A stretch of DNA of 64,000 nt. It comes from the human T2T-CHM13v2.0 reference genome, Homo sapiens. This document shows positions 41,505 to 56,066 of the stretch, piece after piece. The stretch lies in the NCBI RefSeq assembly GCF_009914755.1, contig NC_060941.1. One strand, 5' to 3'. The stretch's first letter is position 1; every line of letters begins with the position of its first letter. Below the pieces are notes generated by a model that saw only the letters and a program-made list of their open reading frames with translations, did not search any database and was not told where the DNA came from. The position numbers and the translations under genes were made by a program.

Positions 41505-41885
41505 CTTAAAACAGAAACAAATAAATAATGTTAATGCTAAATTCTTAAAGAACAAAGGCAAGGTTTATGTATAAAAGATCCTAACAGTGCCACATGCTTG
41601 TTGTGTGTCCATCTTCAAGTGAACTAAACTTTCTGAGCTTCACCTTCCTCATCTATGAAAAGGAAATACTAAATGGGTTGTTATAGGGCTTAAATGACAC
41701 TCTATTCATGTACATTAAGCTCTAGCACAGAGTCAGCATACAATCAATATGAATTTTTATTTGTATTACTAATTTTAGATAATTTTGTCTCCATTTTGCT
41801 GATGGGGAAATTTCATTTAGTAGAGTTTAAAAGTCTCCCTGACAAGGAGATGCTGTCAGTTTATGATGAAGAAGCAAAGGAAGAT

Positions 41886-42236
<351 letters not shown>

Positions 42237-42635
42237 TCATTAAATATTCATCCTTACCCTGCCAAAGAAGCATTTCCCCACTTCCTAAAGCAATCTTTAT
42301 ATTTATGTACTTCATGTTTAGGAAAATGTTCATTAATCTATTAGAAGGTTTATTGTTTAAATCTTACCACTAGTTCATGTAGTAAATATGTGAGGTATGT
42401 AACGTAGTAGCTGACAAAGTAATTTCCCAAAACTGGCACAAAGCGATTACATTTTTTATAGCATATTTAGTTTATGTAGAACGGAATTCAGTAATACAAC
42501 TTCAAAGGCTTTTCTTTTTTAAAAATTTACTTTGTAGCATGAAATAAAGAGGGAGCTTCACTTAATTAGGCCCCTTGCTTTTATTAGAATGCAAATAAGA
42601 CTGAAGAGTTCTTAACATTAAGATGTATTTTTAAA

Positions 42636-42919
42636 CCGAGCACGGTAGCTTATGCCTGTAATCCCAGCATTTTGGGAGGCCAAGGCGGGAGGATCACCCA
42701 AGGTCAGGAGTTCCAGACCAGCCTGGCCAACATGATGAAACCCACTCTCTACCAAATATTCAAAAATTAGCTGGGCATGGTGGTGCCTGCTTGTAATTCC
42801 AGCTACTCTGGAGGCTGAGGCAGGAGTCACTGGAACATGGGAGGCAGAGGTGTAGTGAGCCAAGATACTGCCACTGAGCTCCAGCCTGGGTAACACAGCA
42901 AGACTCTGCCTCAAAAAAA
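42636..42919 (+). mobile_element. Alu (AluS-like)
   Basis: Full dimer, short tail. Confidence 0.93.
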
Positions 42920-43404
42920 GTATTTTCAATAGTCTTGTTCTCTAATGAATCTCTATGGCTTGACTCTTTTACCCAAATCGACATATGCTAAGGTAGCAGA
43001 CTGAGAATACTTTTTTCTCAGTTATTTCGTGTAGATATTATAGTATTTAATGTATTTTCTCAATATATAAAAACAAACTTTATTCAGGTAGTTAGCTACT
43101 GAATAAAATTCCTTAAATCCATAATTATATTGGTTGATAATTATAAGCTATAATATTTTTATTGAGTTTAAACAGTACAATTAAATTTAGATCCTTTCAA
43201 ATGTAAAAGTTATCTAATTCAAAACAAAACTAAGATAGAAAATGTTTTACAAAAACTTAGGTAAACTTCACAGTTTATTAAATAACAACCCAGAATGTTT
43301 TTCTGAGTCAAGTTTCTGTATACTAGCTTTAATTTCTGCAGTTTTAAAACAGCTAAAATGTAGTACTTTTTGTTTTTTTCATAAAAGCAAAAAGGCAAAC
43401 ATAC

Positions 43405-43538
43405 CTTTTGTTTACCAGAAACTATGATAGCTCCATTGTATGAGAGGCCATCAGTACCATTTCTGTTTTCAAAGTCATCTACTTCCAAAAGTATATTTTG
43501 ATGCTTCAGTGATTTTATAAAATCTTCAATATTTGATT
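43405..43538 (-). CDS. ABCA6: ABCA6 exon ~21 (134 nt): ESNIEDFIKSLKHQ...SYNGAIIVSGKQK
   Basis: tag|AA...AAG|gtatgt. Confidence 0.94.
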
Positions 43539-45266
43539 CTAATATGAAGTTAATAAGGGAAGGCCATAGAAAAGTAAGAAAATACATATCAAACTTTTAA
43601 AATAAGTCATATACATAATTAAAGTTAATATTTATGGAATACTATGTATAAATGTCTTTCTTTGGGTATCACAATAATAATATTGACCCACACTGTACCA
43701 TCTTCTATTTAGCAAATCTTATACCACAATGAATTAGCTTTATAAATCTGTTTAATGCAAATTAACATGTAATCATAAAAATAAGCTAATTCTATTGTAT
43801 GACTTTTGGTAAACAACAACAACAACAACATTTGAATTGAATAATCTGTGGAGATACAATAATTTTATGAGGAGTACTTCAGATTGTCCAGCCTAAAACA
43901 GCCAATGATAACACTCTTCTCTCTTCCTTGTTCTTCCAAATAATGGACAAGTAAATATATATGTGTCTGTATAACACATACATATGTTTTACTTTATTCT
44001 AAACATTTACGTACATATTCCATACATGTATGTTGTATAAATATAATCTTTCTTAGGAAATGAAAAAGGATGCCATCATCAGATCAAACTTTTAGATATG
44101 ACCCTGAAGAAGAAAGCAGATGAGAACGTCTGACCGTGAAATACGAGCTGAGAAAAATTCACAGCCTAGAGCACACCAGAGCAAGCAGCTGAAGGTAAAA
44201 CCAATTTCCAGGATACCTGAACTCAGAGTGGATGAATGCAAGGGGGTAAGGTATGCTCTGAAGCTATAGTCAGGGTCGTGACGTATACCTGGGAAAAGAT
44301 GACCCGTCAGGCCCCTCCCCACGTTCCACACAGAACACACAGTAGCCGCAGTTGTCCCCAGGGTAACAGTCCCATATTTACTTACTAAGAGACCTTATCT
44401 GAGGAGCACAGCTGGGCAAACCTGAAGTAACTGCAGACAATAATTTGAGCAAGATGGAATGAATAAGAGGAAAAGAAGGACTTTTTTTTTTTTTTTTTTT
44501 TTTTTGCCTTTGAAATGGGAGTTTATAGTGGGCTCTGGGATTGGAAAAATAAGGCCAAACCTTAGATGAATTAGGATCCCCCAACCAAGTGATACAGGAA
44601 CATGCACATAGAAAATAAGCTTTCCATGCACCTTGAGCAGCCACACACCCCACTCCACCTCCACAGTCACTTGAGGTGCAATGCCATATGGTGACCCACA
44701 TTCACCTAGGCAGACAGGGATGCTCACATTAAAAGATAAACGTGTTACCAATAATTGGCAGATTTTGAGAAAAGAGGAACAAAATGGCACAGAAGCTTCA
44801 AACTTAAACCATAAAATACCTAAGTACAGAGACAAAATAAATATATTAACACAAGCCCACTGCCCTCAAGAGTGACCAAAGAGGAAAAGAGAGACCTAAT
44901 TTACTTATCTTATGAGCTCATAGGTAAAGAAACCTTTCTAGATCTCAGAAATTAAACATACAATTAGCATTTAAGGTAGTGAGGTGAATAAAATTTACTT
45001 TCCAAAACCCAAATGGAAAACAAGAATGAGAAACGGAAAGGGAAAGACTGTCTTTGTTTAAAGAGCATACACCGCAGGCCTGAATCGCAAATCCATGGGA
45101 AAATCAAATGAATGAGGAACTCAGCAAGGGAAGACTCTTACTGTGATTTTTTTTTTGTTTCTTTGTTTGTTTGTTTGTTTTAACATCTGAGGTACTAACA
45201 TAAAAGTTCCTTCTTCAAAGTTAATTAAGCGGTTAGGAAAAAAAAAAAAAAAAAAAAACAATTACT

Positions 45267-45632
<366 letters not shown>

Positions 45633-46040
45633 TTAATGAAGGGGCATGGGGAATAGATAGGCCATCTTCACATGGTAACCAGTGTGTATTGCCTTTGTGG
45701 TATAGGTTAGGCTGCTGTGTAACAAAGGGATCTCAAAATAGAACGGGTGTGCCAATATAGAAGTTTATTTGCCATGTAATAGCTTAGGGTAGTCAGGTAG
45801 AGAGACGTCTTTACTCTTCCAGGTTATACAGTGACCCAAGTTCTTTTTCTCTTGTCCTCATCATCCCTGTCATCTCCAAAATCAGAGTAAATCTGCACTG
45901 TTCCTCATAAGGTGTTTTCTATAAATGAAGTTTAAATACCCATTTTCTTCTCTTATGATTCACTTCCCCCCCCCACCTCCTGTGCTATTCAACAATAAAA
46001 ATAACTTATTTCTGGATTTAAATTTTATTTTTCTTTTCAC

Positions 46041-46207
46041 CTGTGTTATTGATGATCAACAGGCTGGTACGGGGTTCCTGGGGAAGTTGTCCAGGAGAGA
46101 GAAAATACAATTCGTTTTTAAATTCCCAATCGATCTTTTCATTTAACATAGCATATATTATATTTTCAACAATCAAAGGGAATATTGCGATTCCAAATAC
46201 CAATAAT
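46041..46207 (-). CDS. ABCA6: ABCA6 exon ~20 (167 nt): first TM helix of TMD2, LLVFGIAIFPLIVENIIY...
   Basis: tag|A...G|gtgaaa; ORF-track 46018..46215. Confidence 0.94.
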
Positions 46208-46606
46208 CTAAACAATAAAGAAAAATTAGCATATTAATCTCCAGGAATTTTATTTATTTAGTAAGACATTCCACAAGTATTTGTTGAGTGCCAAGCCTGC
46301 CTTATGCCAATCATGATTCTAGGTGCTAAAATTCTGAAGATAATACCCTAGCATGCTACACAGTACCAGAAGGCATTACTATATAAACACCAGGTTATCA
46401 AACCATGAAAACAAAACACACCTGCACGTATAAGCTTAATCGAGTGTGAACATACAGGTATTCCCACTGTCAGAAAAATTAAATGCTGAATTTATCCACC
46501 CCGTGGCAGGAATGTCAGATATTGCGTTCTAGTTTTAAATTATCTTCTGGTTTGAACCTCTTTTGAAATTCATGATCTAACAAAACCACAGTACTCTCCT
46601 ACTCAC

Positions 46607-46790
46607 AGGGTCAATAACACTTTAGTTTGACGTTTTAACTTTAAGAAACGGAGCCGTGCCATGGCAAAGACTTGCATTCTCCAGAGGCCCATGTCACTCA
46701 CAGCTGTCTGCATTTCAGAGAAGGAAGAGTGAGCCAGCTCCATTTCATTGAGGCTTTCTGAGTCTCTTATCATCTCCACTTGTTCGAAAT
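46607..46790 (-). CDS. ABCA6: ABCA6 exon ~19 (184 nt): [10 protein letters not shown]...[13 protein letters not shown]
   Basis: tag|AT...CT|gtgagt; ORF-track 46603..46818. Confidence 0.94.
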
Positions 46791-46852
46791 CTATAAACAC
46801 ACACATACACAAACACACATATTATAATATTAATGCCATCCTGGAGGCATCA

Positions 46853-47192
<340 letters not shown>

Positions 47193-48275
47193 GTTTTACA
47201 TTTGTTTTTATTTTTATAACCAATTCAAAGGAATTATTTAGACAATATTTTTCAATATTTATTGTTTATACTTCACCACTGCCATCTATATTTTCTTTCT
47301 ATAGTTAAGTTTTATAATTGCCAATGGTGATAAAAAATTAAAATTTTAAATAAAACAAAGTTTTAGATTGCTTGTGGTTACAGTGCAAACAATATAAGAA
47401 ACATGTTATGATGTCCATATTCTATACTCAGTGAGAAAATACACTGAATTCATACCAAAAGAATAATTCACAAAAATGGTGATCTCATTGTGCCCAATCT
47501 TTGAAAAGCAAAGAAATTCCCAAGAGTATCATTCCTCTGAGGGATTTTTTAAAAATCTTCTGCATAAAAATAGCCAATCATTACACCTAAATATCTACTA
47601 CTAAGGTATCAATCATTTAGTAGTATAGGGGAAAGATCATCAGCTCTGAACTACCAGATCTGTACATGTATCTTACATCTGTGATTGGGGAAAATCACTT
47701 AACTGCTCATAGGTCTGATTTTCTCATTTGTAAACCAGTGCCAATGACACTTCTTGGAAAGGTTATTATAGGAAAGATAATGTTGAAGGCATATATATCA
47801 ATGTATAGCCATACATTAATCTAAGTGTCTGGCATAAGAGGAGCTCCATAATGACAATGATTATTATCACCCATTAAAATATACAAGAGTGGATACTGAG
47901 AATTCTCCCCACTAAGACTTTAGTGGAATTTTGTATATTAACAAGCTAAAAGCAATTTTTATTTTTAAAAAATATATTCAGACCTCATTCCCCTAATTAA
48001 GAGCCTTTCACAGCCTGAAGGTATCTAAGAAGCAGGGAACATCTGAGGATAGGAAATAGTTTCCAAAAGGAAACTTGGTAGATGCCATGAAGGGATCTGT
48101 GATCAGTCTTAGTAATGACGCTAAGAAATAATGACAGCCCATCTCAAACAGCAGAGCCAAATTTGGAATGAAATCACATTTCTTAGTGTGAATCACCCAT
48201 AAGAAATTATAAATACTAAATTGACACATGATCATTTGGGAATTGGTTTTCTGTGAATTATACAAATGGCTTTAC

Positions 48276-48392
48276 CTTGTTCGATAGTTGACTGTCCTTC
48301 CAGTTTCATAAAGACTTCATTTAGAGTTGACATGGAAATGTCATAACCTGTCACTCCCTGGTCAGAACACTTATCCAGATCACTGAAAAGAT
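48276..48392 (-). CDS. ABCA6: ABCA6 exon ~18 (117 nt): DLFSDLDKCSDQGVTGYDISMSTLNEVFMKLEGQSTIEQ
   Basis: tag|AT...G|gtaaag; ORF-track 48232..48432. Confidence 0.94.
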
Positions 48393-50101
48393 CTAAGGCA
48401 AAAAAATATGAATAGATACTTTGGAAAACCACATTGAGAACTAAACCAAGTAAATTAATACTTATTTAAAAGACAATACATAATATTGTTAAGAAAATTA
48501 TGTCCTTGGAGTATCACAGTAGTCAAAAGCAAAATTTCATGAGAATGCTCTCCTTCTCTGAAATGACTAAGGAAGACCTCTTCCTCCATCCTCAAACTGT
48601 CTCACTTCATCTTCCATTCTCAGTTTATGAGCTTCCTGCAGATTTCTCTGCAGAAATCTGAACAATCAGAAAGACCATTATCTTCTCACCTCCACACTAC
48701 AAACCCACGTATATCTCTACCTATATTCTGGGTCTTCTCTCTGTATAAGTCTTTCAATGCTTTCTCAATGCATTTAAAATAAAATTTAAAGTCAATAACA
48801 CAACCTCTGAGGCTCCAAAAGAGCCTGTCTCCATCTATCCACACAGCCTTACCCACCTCCATTTGCCATTCTGCTCCCTCACTCATTGCCCTCCAGCCAT
48901 TCTCCTTTCCCCTTGACTTGGAGTGCCCTTGACCATTTTCTTCTTGTGGCCTTCAGTGACCACTCTATATAAACCTCAGCCAGACACCAGTCATCACTCT
49001 AACTCACTGGCCTTGTTTATTATTTTAGTGTACAATTGTTGAAAAATTTTGTGTATTTTGTGTGTCTACTTTTCCCTATCTAGTTAGATGTAGGCTCCAT
49101 GAGAGTAGAGACACATATCTCTTATTTAATGTGGTATTTCTAGTTCCTGGAGCAGTGCCATTTATATAATAGTTTCCCAGTACACATTTATTGGGTAACT
49201 CTTCTATGGAGATACTTGCATGAGACTGCAGGATTCTAGAAGACTCTTAGATGCTACTTTCTAGTTTGGGTGGGAGGATGGGCCAATGACATTATTGAGA
49301 GGAAAGAGGTGGATGAGACTGTAGCAAACACTGTGTTTCCCTATGACCCGCACATGGCAGCAATGGACCTGGGAGTCCCATGTCCGGAAATGGACATAAG
49401 CATGCCATTAGACAGCAGAGGCCTTGGGTCTGTGTAAAGAGGCTGCCATGGGCCAGGAGGTCAACACCAGAGACTCTGGCAAAGTAACATATTCCAGTGG
49501 TAGTACCAACATATAATTCCTTATTCTCCATCTCTGACCAAAAATGAAAGTGGACCAGTTGCACCTCACAGGGCCTTAGTCCAAGAACAAAATAACATGG
49601 CATAGTCCACTGATCTGAGAAGAACACCATCTTCTATGCTACTACAAGGACATAGAGAGCTGCCACATTGGGGAGTGAAGCTAAAATCTGGGAATTCCTG
49701 AGTATTTGCCTAATGAAACCGAATTATGCAAAAGAGCTTATTTAAGGTAGGTCTATAGGGAGTTATACCTTTAACAAACTAGATGTTTAAACCAAAGGGA
49801 AGCTGTTTAAATCAAGAGACTGAAATATATTTCCTCATTTGTAAGATAGGGCAAGTTATAGCACCCATCTCATAGAAAGAACAGTTGTGAGAACTAAAGG
49901 AGTTAATATATATGAAACCATTAGAACAGTGCCTAACACGTAGAAAACATTACACAAAGAGCAAGTAATCTTTAGGATTTCTTATCAAACAAAGTCTGAA
50001 TGGGTGCTGCTACCCAGTTGGCAGGGAACCGAGGGTTGAACACTTTTGTAGACTATGTAAGTTGTTTTTCTCTGCAAAATAGTACATGCACAATTAAAAT
50101 A

Positions 50102-50810
50102 GAGTAATCCTGCCTTATCTACAGTTTCATTTTCCACAGTTTCAATTATCCACCATCAACTGCTGTCTAAAAACATAAAATGGAAAATTCCAGAAATAAT
50201 TCATAAGTTTTCAGTTGTGTGCCCTTGTAAGCAGTGTGATGAAATCCTTCGCCATCACACTCCATCTTGCTCAGGCTCAGGACGTGAATCATCCCCTGTC
50301 CAGCAGAACCGAGCTATACCCACCTGTCACTTAGTAGCCCTCTGGGATATCAGAGCAACTGTCACGGTATTGCAGTTCAAGGCACCCCTATTTTACCTAA
50401 TAAGGTTCCCAAAGTGCAAGAGTAATGATGCTGGCAATTTGGATATGCCAAAGAAAAGCCATAAAATGCTTCCTGTAAGTGAAAAGGTGAAAGTTCTCAA
50501 CAAGGAAAAAAAAAATCTTATGCTGATGCTAAGATCTAACGTAAGAATGAATCTTCTGTCTGTGAAATTGTGAAGAAGGCAGAAGAAATTCATGCTACTT
50601 TTGCTGTTGCACCTCAAACTGCAAAAGTTACAGCCACAATGCGTGTTAAGTGCTTAGTTAAGATGGAAAAGGCATTCAGTGTGTAGGTGGAAGACATGAA
50701 CAGAAATGTTTTCCGATCGATGGCAATTAGGTTTGGTTCTATCCACGGTTTCAGACATGAACTGGAGATCTTGGAACTATCTATTCCTTGTGAATAATGG
50801 GGGGCTACCT
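50102..50810 (+). mobile_element. MER44-type (Tigger family) DNA transposon
   Basis: agtaatcctgccttatc...aaatggaaaattccagaaataattcataagtttt start; ataatggggggctac end. Confidence 0.8.
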
Positions 50811-50899
50811 TACAAAGAGAAACCTGTAGCAGAAACCTTTATGCCCCACCAACACCTCTTCTGCATTCACCTGTACACGGTAAATCTGCTTATTAAAAA

Positions 50900-51285
50900 C
50901 ACCTACCTGAGGTCCTTTTTCTGTACTTGGAAGTATTCTAAGCTCATGTTCAGAGTAAGCCAGAAGGATGAGAAAGTTAATGCTCTCGTAGGCATCCCTT
51001 AATCAACAATGGATAGGGAACAGTGGGTAAGAACCCCAGCTTACTCACCCCTCTGGTGACAAAACGCTGAGCCCACTTACTTCATTTATTTCCCTCCCGT
51101 GGGCATTGCACCTCAATTGCCTACCACAGTAATCTGCTCCAGAATTCAGACTTCCCTGGCTGCCTTCCCTTCCCTCTCTCCTGTCCCCATTATCTGCTGG
51201 TGCTTCCACGAAGCAACTACCCAATAAATCAGTGGCACTCAATCCTTCCTCTTGAGTTCTGCTTCTCAGGTGGCCAAAACTAAGA
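50900..51285 (+). mobile_element. ERVL-type LTR remnant (LTR16-like)
   Basis: 3' end cccaataaa...aatcct...tctgcttct...aactaaga; left limit approximate. Confidence 0.55.
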
Positions 51286-51380
51286 AAAAGTCTAAATTCA
51301 TTGGACAAAGAAAATTATTTTAATAATAATGTGAACATTTTTTCCCATATTTCATTTCATTGTAATCATAGTTGAGTTAC

Positions 51381-51520
51381 CTGGAAATGTATTTGTCCTT
51401 TCCAGTGGCAAAGTATATACAAGCTTTTCTTTGTTTTCTGTTTTTAATTTAGCATCGGGGATGTGATGAGTAATGAAGGATGTTATTTGTTCTGGGTTAC
51501 ATATTTCATTCCTATGTAAA
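51381..51520 (-). CDS. ABCA6: ABCA6 exon ~17 (140 nt): [26 protein letters not shown]...
   Basis: tag|T...G|gtaact. Confidence 0.93.
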
Positions 51521-51953
51521 CTAATATTTAAAAGAAAAGATAAGTCATTTGCATTTTCTCCACCACTATCACAAAAGAAGAGCTTTAATTGAACACCTAG
51601 CTGTTGAGCACAACTTTACTTGGCTTTATGGAACAAAAAGATGAGTAAATACTAACATGATAGTAATCTATCAGTTTGAAAATTTTATAATCTATATATG
51701 GAAAATGTATAAGCTCAGAACAATTACAAAATATACAAACAAATATATAATGTAAATGGAACTATATAGAGTTTTATATGTATAGTTATAGATAAATGTA
51801 GGAAGCTGAGAATGTTAGGAAGAAGAGACTTCTTAGGGAAAATAATTATTATACCAGACCATATCATTAGCTAGTAGAGAAAATCTGGCCCACATGCATG
51901 CTTTGTTTGGCCATAGGGTTATTTTAAACAATTATTTTAGCCTGGATATACAC

Positions 51954-52321
51954 CAATATGGTTTGGCTGTGTCCCCACCCAAATGTCATCTTGAATTGTA
52001 GTTCCCATAATTCCCACATGTCATAGGAGGGACCCAGTGGGAGGTAACTGAATCATAGGCAGTTACCCTCATGCTGTTCTCATGATAGTGAGTTCTCATG
52101 AGATATGATGGTTTTATAAGGGGCTTTTTCCTGCCTTCAGTCTGCATCTGTCCTTGCTGCCACCATGTGAAGAAGGGCGTGTTTGCTTTCCCTTCTGCCA
52201 TGATTGTAAGTTTCCTGAGGCCTACTCAGCCACGCCGAACTGTGAGTCAATTAGATCTCTTTCCTTTATATATTACCCAGTCTCGGGTATGTCATTAGCA
52301 GCATGAGAACAGACTAATATA
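51954..52321 (+). mobile_element. THE1-type MaLR solo LTR with TACAC target-site duplication
   Basis: atatggtttggctgtgtccccaccc start, gagaacagactaata end; TACAC on both sides. Confidence 0.9.
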
Positions 52322-52762
52322 TACACTTTTTTGTTAGCCACAGTTATCATTACTTTCTGCCCCTAGATTCTCTCCTTGTTGATACTGGCTTCTGAAATTA
52401 TTTGCCTTTTTGCCCTATGAAAGAATGAAAACATATTTCAGAATTCTATGGATCAGCTGAGGAAAATGTGGGTAGGAAGCAGGTAGAGGTTTAGGCTGCA
52501 CAGAACAGCTACCTAGAAAAGTGGCACATGAAGTAGTCTTGCTGTGAAAAGTCAGGCTTGGTTTATCATGTTGAAATGTTGCCAATGATTAACATTGTAA
52601 AGACACAGGAGGAAGGAAAGTAAAAAAAAGTATTCAGGAAACACTGATCAATCCAGTATGGTAGAGATGAAGCACGAGGCCAGTTCTGTTTCATAATTGT
52701 CCACCTTTTTCATATACCAGTATTGCAAACACATAAATCCAATCTATTCCCAAAGTCTTTAC

Positions 52763-52853
52763 CTTAGGTGATATCCAAGACCCCACCTTCTTTTCAAAAA
52801 CATAGAAGAACCTGCACACTTCAGTCTCCCATTGGACATGATCACTTTTCTAT
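52763..52853 (-). CDS. ABCA6: ABCA6 exon ~16 (91 nt): [30 protein letters not shown]
   Basis: cag|AT...AG|gtaaag. Confidence 0.94.
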
Positions 52854-53034
52854 CTGAATGAAAGAAATCAAGGGAGAAAAGATATTGGGGGTCATTTCTT
52901 CTTTCTCTAGTAAAGAAAGACGAGGAGCCAAGGCTCAGAAGTGCAAAGGAGAAGTATTCAACAGGGTATAACTAGATCTAGTGTGCATTTTAACATTTGA
53001 AATACATATTAAAATTGATGCATTTAAAATGAAC

Positions 53035-53411
53035 TCATGATATTATTCAGCCATAAAAGAGAATGAAACCATGTCTTTTGCAGCAACATGGATGGAACTG
53101 GAGTCTATTATCATAAGTGAAACAACACAGAAACAGAAAGTCAAATACTGCATGTTCTCATTTATCAGTGAGAGCTAAAAAATGGGTACACATGGACATA
53201 CAGTGTGGAGTAATAGACACTGAAGACTCGGAAGGGTGAGAGAGTCAGAGGGGGATGGGGAATGAGAAATTATTTAATGGGTACAATGTATATTATTTGG
53301 TGATGAATACACCAGAAGCCTGGACTTCACCACTACGTAATATATCCATGTAACAAAACGGTACTTGTACTCATTAAATTTATACAAATAAATTAAATTT
53401 AAAATAAAATA
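53035..53411 (+). mobile_element. L1MA-like 3' end
   Basis: ttttgcagcaacatggatggaactggag...tatatccatgtaacaaaac, A-rich tail. Confidence 0.85.
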
Positions 53412-53801
53412 AGCTCATGAACACCAGTCTATCTGCACCTTCCAATACTTTCTGAAAAAAAAAACACATAAATTACATGGTATACTGTATACTCTGATGC
53501 TAAAGAATAAGTGTCTATTTTTCAATTAAATATATATAAAAAAAGATTTGAATGTTTAAATTAATTGACAGCTGATCTAAAAAAAAAAGGTAATCAGAAT
53601 TTTTCATTAGTTGTCACTACCTAGCAAATGTACAACCAGAAAGGAATTCCACAGTGGAACTAGACTCCTGTCGTCCTCCTGACTGCTATAGAATGTAGGA
53701 ACATCACCATAATGAGAGCAGGGCTCTTACCCTGGGAATAGACCTCGCTTCTAAATTCCCCAATTGCATCATGGTAACACTGAGATAAAACCAACAATTA
53801 C

Positions 53802-53940
53802 CAGCCAGGATGTCAGCCTCATCCATGGACTGGGTACTGAAAAGGATCACATGATCTGCTCTACGCTCTCTCAGGAGGCTCCACACTTGATCTCTGGAAA
53901 AGGGATCCAATCCAGTAGTTGGTTCATCTAAAAGCAAAAT
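53802..53940 (-). CDS. ABCA6: ABCA6 exon ~15 (139 nt): NBD1 Walker B/D-loop [11 protein letters not shown]
   Basis: tag|ATT...G|gtaatt; overlaps ORF-track 53704..53937. Confidence 0.95.
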
Positions 53941-54197
53941 CTACAGAGAATGAAGATATATAAAATATGTCTCTCTTTCACATTAACTGTATCCAGAAGA
54001 TAGCATGAAAAACAATAAATACCATAAAATAATAACCATCCAGCCATTTTTCTCCAATATACTTCTATTTATAGTTAAACATAGCAGGTTCTCTCTTGAT
54101 ACATTACAATGGAAGCTCTACCACTTTTAGTGGTAAAAGAACTTGACATTTTGCAGACATTCGACCTGCTTCCTTCCCCATGCATAATCTCACTTAC

Positions 54198-54317
54198 TTG
54201 AGGATCTCCTAAAATGGTAATCCCAAAAGTCAGCTTTCTTTTCTGTCCTTCACTTAAATGTTTAGCAAGGTTATCTTGAATGTTTTGCATGTCCAATTCC
54301 AATAATATTCGTTGTAC
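54198..54317 (-). CDS. ABCA6: ABCA6 exon ~14 (120 nt): NBD1 signature LSEGQ
   Basis: tag|GTA...CAA|gtaagt; overlaps ORF-track 54075..54302. Confidence 0.95.
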
Positions 54318-54356
54318 CTATATGAGAAAATATGCAACTTTTAAAATCCAAAATGA

Positions 54357-55154
54357 AGAAGACATTTATGCAGCCAAAAGACACATGAAAAAATGCTCAT
54401 CATCACTGGCCATCAGAGAAATGCAAATCAAAACCACAATGAGATATCACCTCACACCAGTTAGTATGGCGATCATTAAAAAGTCAGGAAACAACAGGTG
54501 CTGGAGAGGATGTGGAGAAATAGGAACATTTTTACACTGTTGGTGGGACTGTAAACTAGTTCAACCATTGTGCAAGTCAGTGTGGCAACTCCTCAGGGAT
54601 CTAGAACTAGAAATACCATTTGACCCAGCCATCCCATTACTGGGTATATACCCAAAGGATTATAAATCATGCTGCTATAAAGACACATGCACACGTATGT
54701 TTATTGTGGCACTATTCACAATAGCAACACTTGAAAACAACCCAAATGTCCAACAATGATAGACTGGATTAAGAAAATGTGGCACATATATACCATGGAA
54801 TACTATGCAGCCCATAAAAAATGATGAGTTCATGTCCTTTGTAGGGACATGGATGAAGCTGGAAACCATCATTCTCAGCAAACTATCGCAAGGACAAAAA
54901 ACCAAACACCGCATGTTCTCACTCATAGGTGGGAATTGAACAATGAGAACACATGGACACAGGAAGGGGAACATCACACATGGGGGCCTGTTGTGGGGTG
55001 GGGGGAGGGGAGAGGGATAGCATTAGGAGATATACCTAATGTTAAATGACGAGTTACTGGGTGCAGCACACCAACATGGCACATGTATACATATGTAACT
55101 AACCTGCACGTTGTGCACATGTACCCTAACTTAAAGTATAATAAAAAATAAAAA
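54357..55154 (+). mobile_element. Young L1PA 3' fragment (~0.8 kb) with a perfect 15-bp target-site duplication TAAAATCCAAAATGA
   Basis: ORF2 C-terminal peptide (ORF-track 54280..54759) and 3'UTR; duplication at 54342-54356 and 55155-55169. Confidence 0.95.
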
Positions 55155-55341
55155 TAAAATCCAAAATGATTCATATTATGCAATTTTAACCACTCATTAA
55201 AGCAGTCGATATTTGTTATGGGACCTCTTTGCCTAAATTTTATTCATAACAGGGCAAATAAATCATTGAAGAGAATTCTGTGGTCATGATTTAATTTGGT
55301 AAGTGGTTGGCAGGTCAGTTAATCCAAGCATGCCCTCCTAC

Positions 55342-55517
55342 CTCTTGTTCCACTTCCTTTAGATGAATCCCTTTTATTTTAGCAAACAGGCTGAGGTTTT
55401 CCTTCACGGTGAGTATGTCAAATTGAACATTGAATTGAGGACAGACGCCAGTTATCTTTCTGATTTCCTCCAAGTCTTGCATTTCAGAGAGATTTTTATT
55501 ATAGATGGTAACTGATC
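55342..55517 (-). CDS. ABCA6: ABCA6 exon ~13 (176 nt): NBD1 Q-loop GVCPQFN
   Basis: tag|GA...GAG|gtagga; [41 protein letters not shown]... Confidence 0.95.
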
Positions 55518-55955
55518 CTAAGAATAGAAGTTAAAAATAAAATTGGCAAGATAATACATTCTATTAATATTCATAGATCTCATTTAAGAAAATATTGGCA
55601 TATGTTCACAAATGTCTAAAATGATTTGTGAACTACTATTCTTGACATAAATATATGCTTATAGAACTGCATATATGTGAACACAATTTGTGAACTACTA
55701 ATTATTCTTGTTACAAACATATGCTTATAGAACTGCACATCTACCCTGAAATATCACACAATGGAATAAAGATAATAATTTTTATAAAATTGCAGAAATA
55801 TGAAGTATATTCAAAATTATGTAGCTCTTGGAAACAACTTTAGATAAACATTATTTCTCTTAAGCCATCAAATTTAAAATTTAAAATGAGAGGCATATGC
55901 TTGACCTCATTCTATTATAAGACATCTTGCCTTTGAGAAATTTCTTTTTACTCAC

Positions 55956-56066
55956 CTTCTGTTGGAACAGACAATCCATTAAGAATATTTAGCAGTGAAG
56001 ATTTGCCAGCTCCACTGTGACCCAGGATTGCCGTGATTTGACCTTCATATATGTCAAAGAGCAAGC
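55956..56066 (-). CDS. ABCA6: ABCA6 exon ~12 (111 nt): NBD1 Walker A GHSGAGKS
   Basis: atag|GC...G|gtgagt; [36 protein letters not shown]. Confidence 0.95.

Noticed and set aside
54280-54759. 159-aa + strand ORF
   Set aside because: L1 ORF2 C-terminus read through from sequence antisense to an ABCA6 exon.
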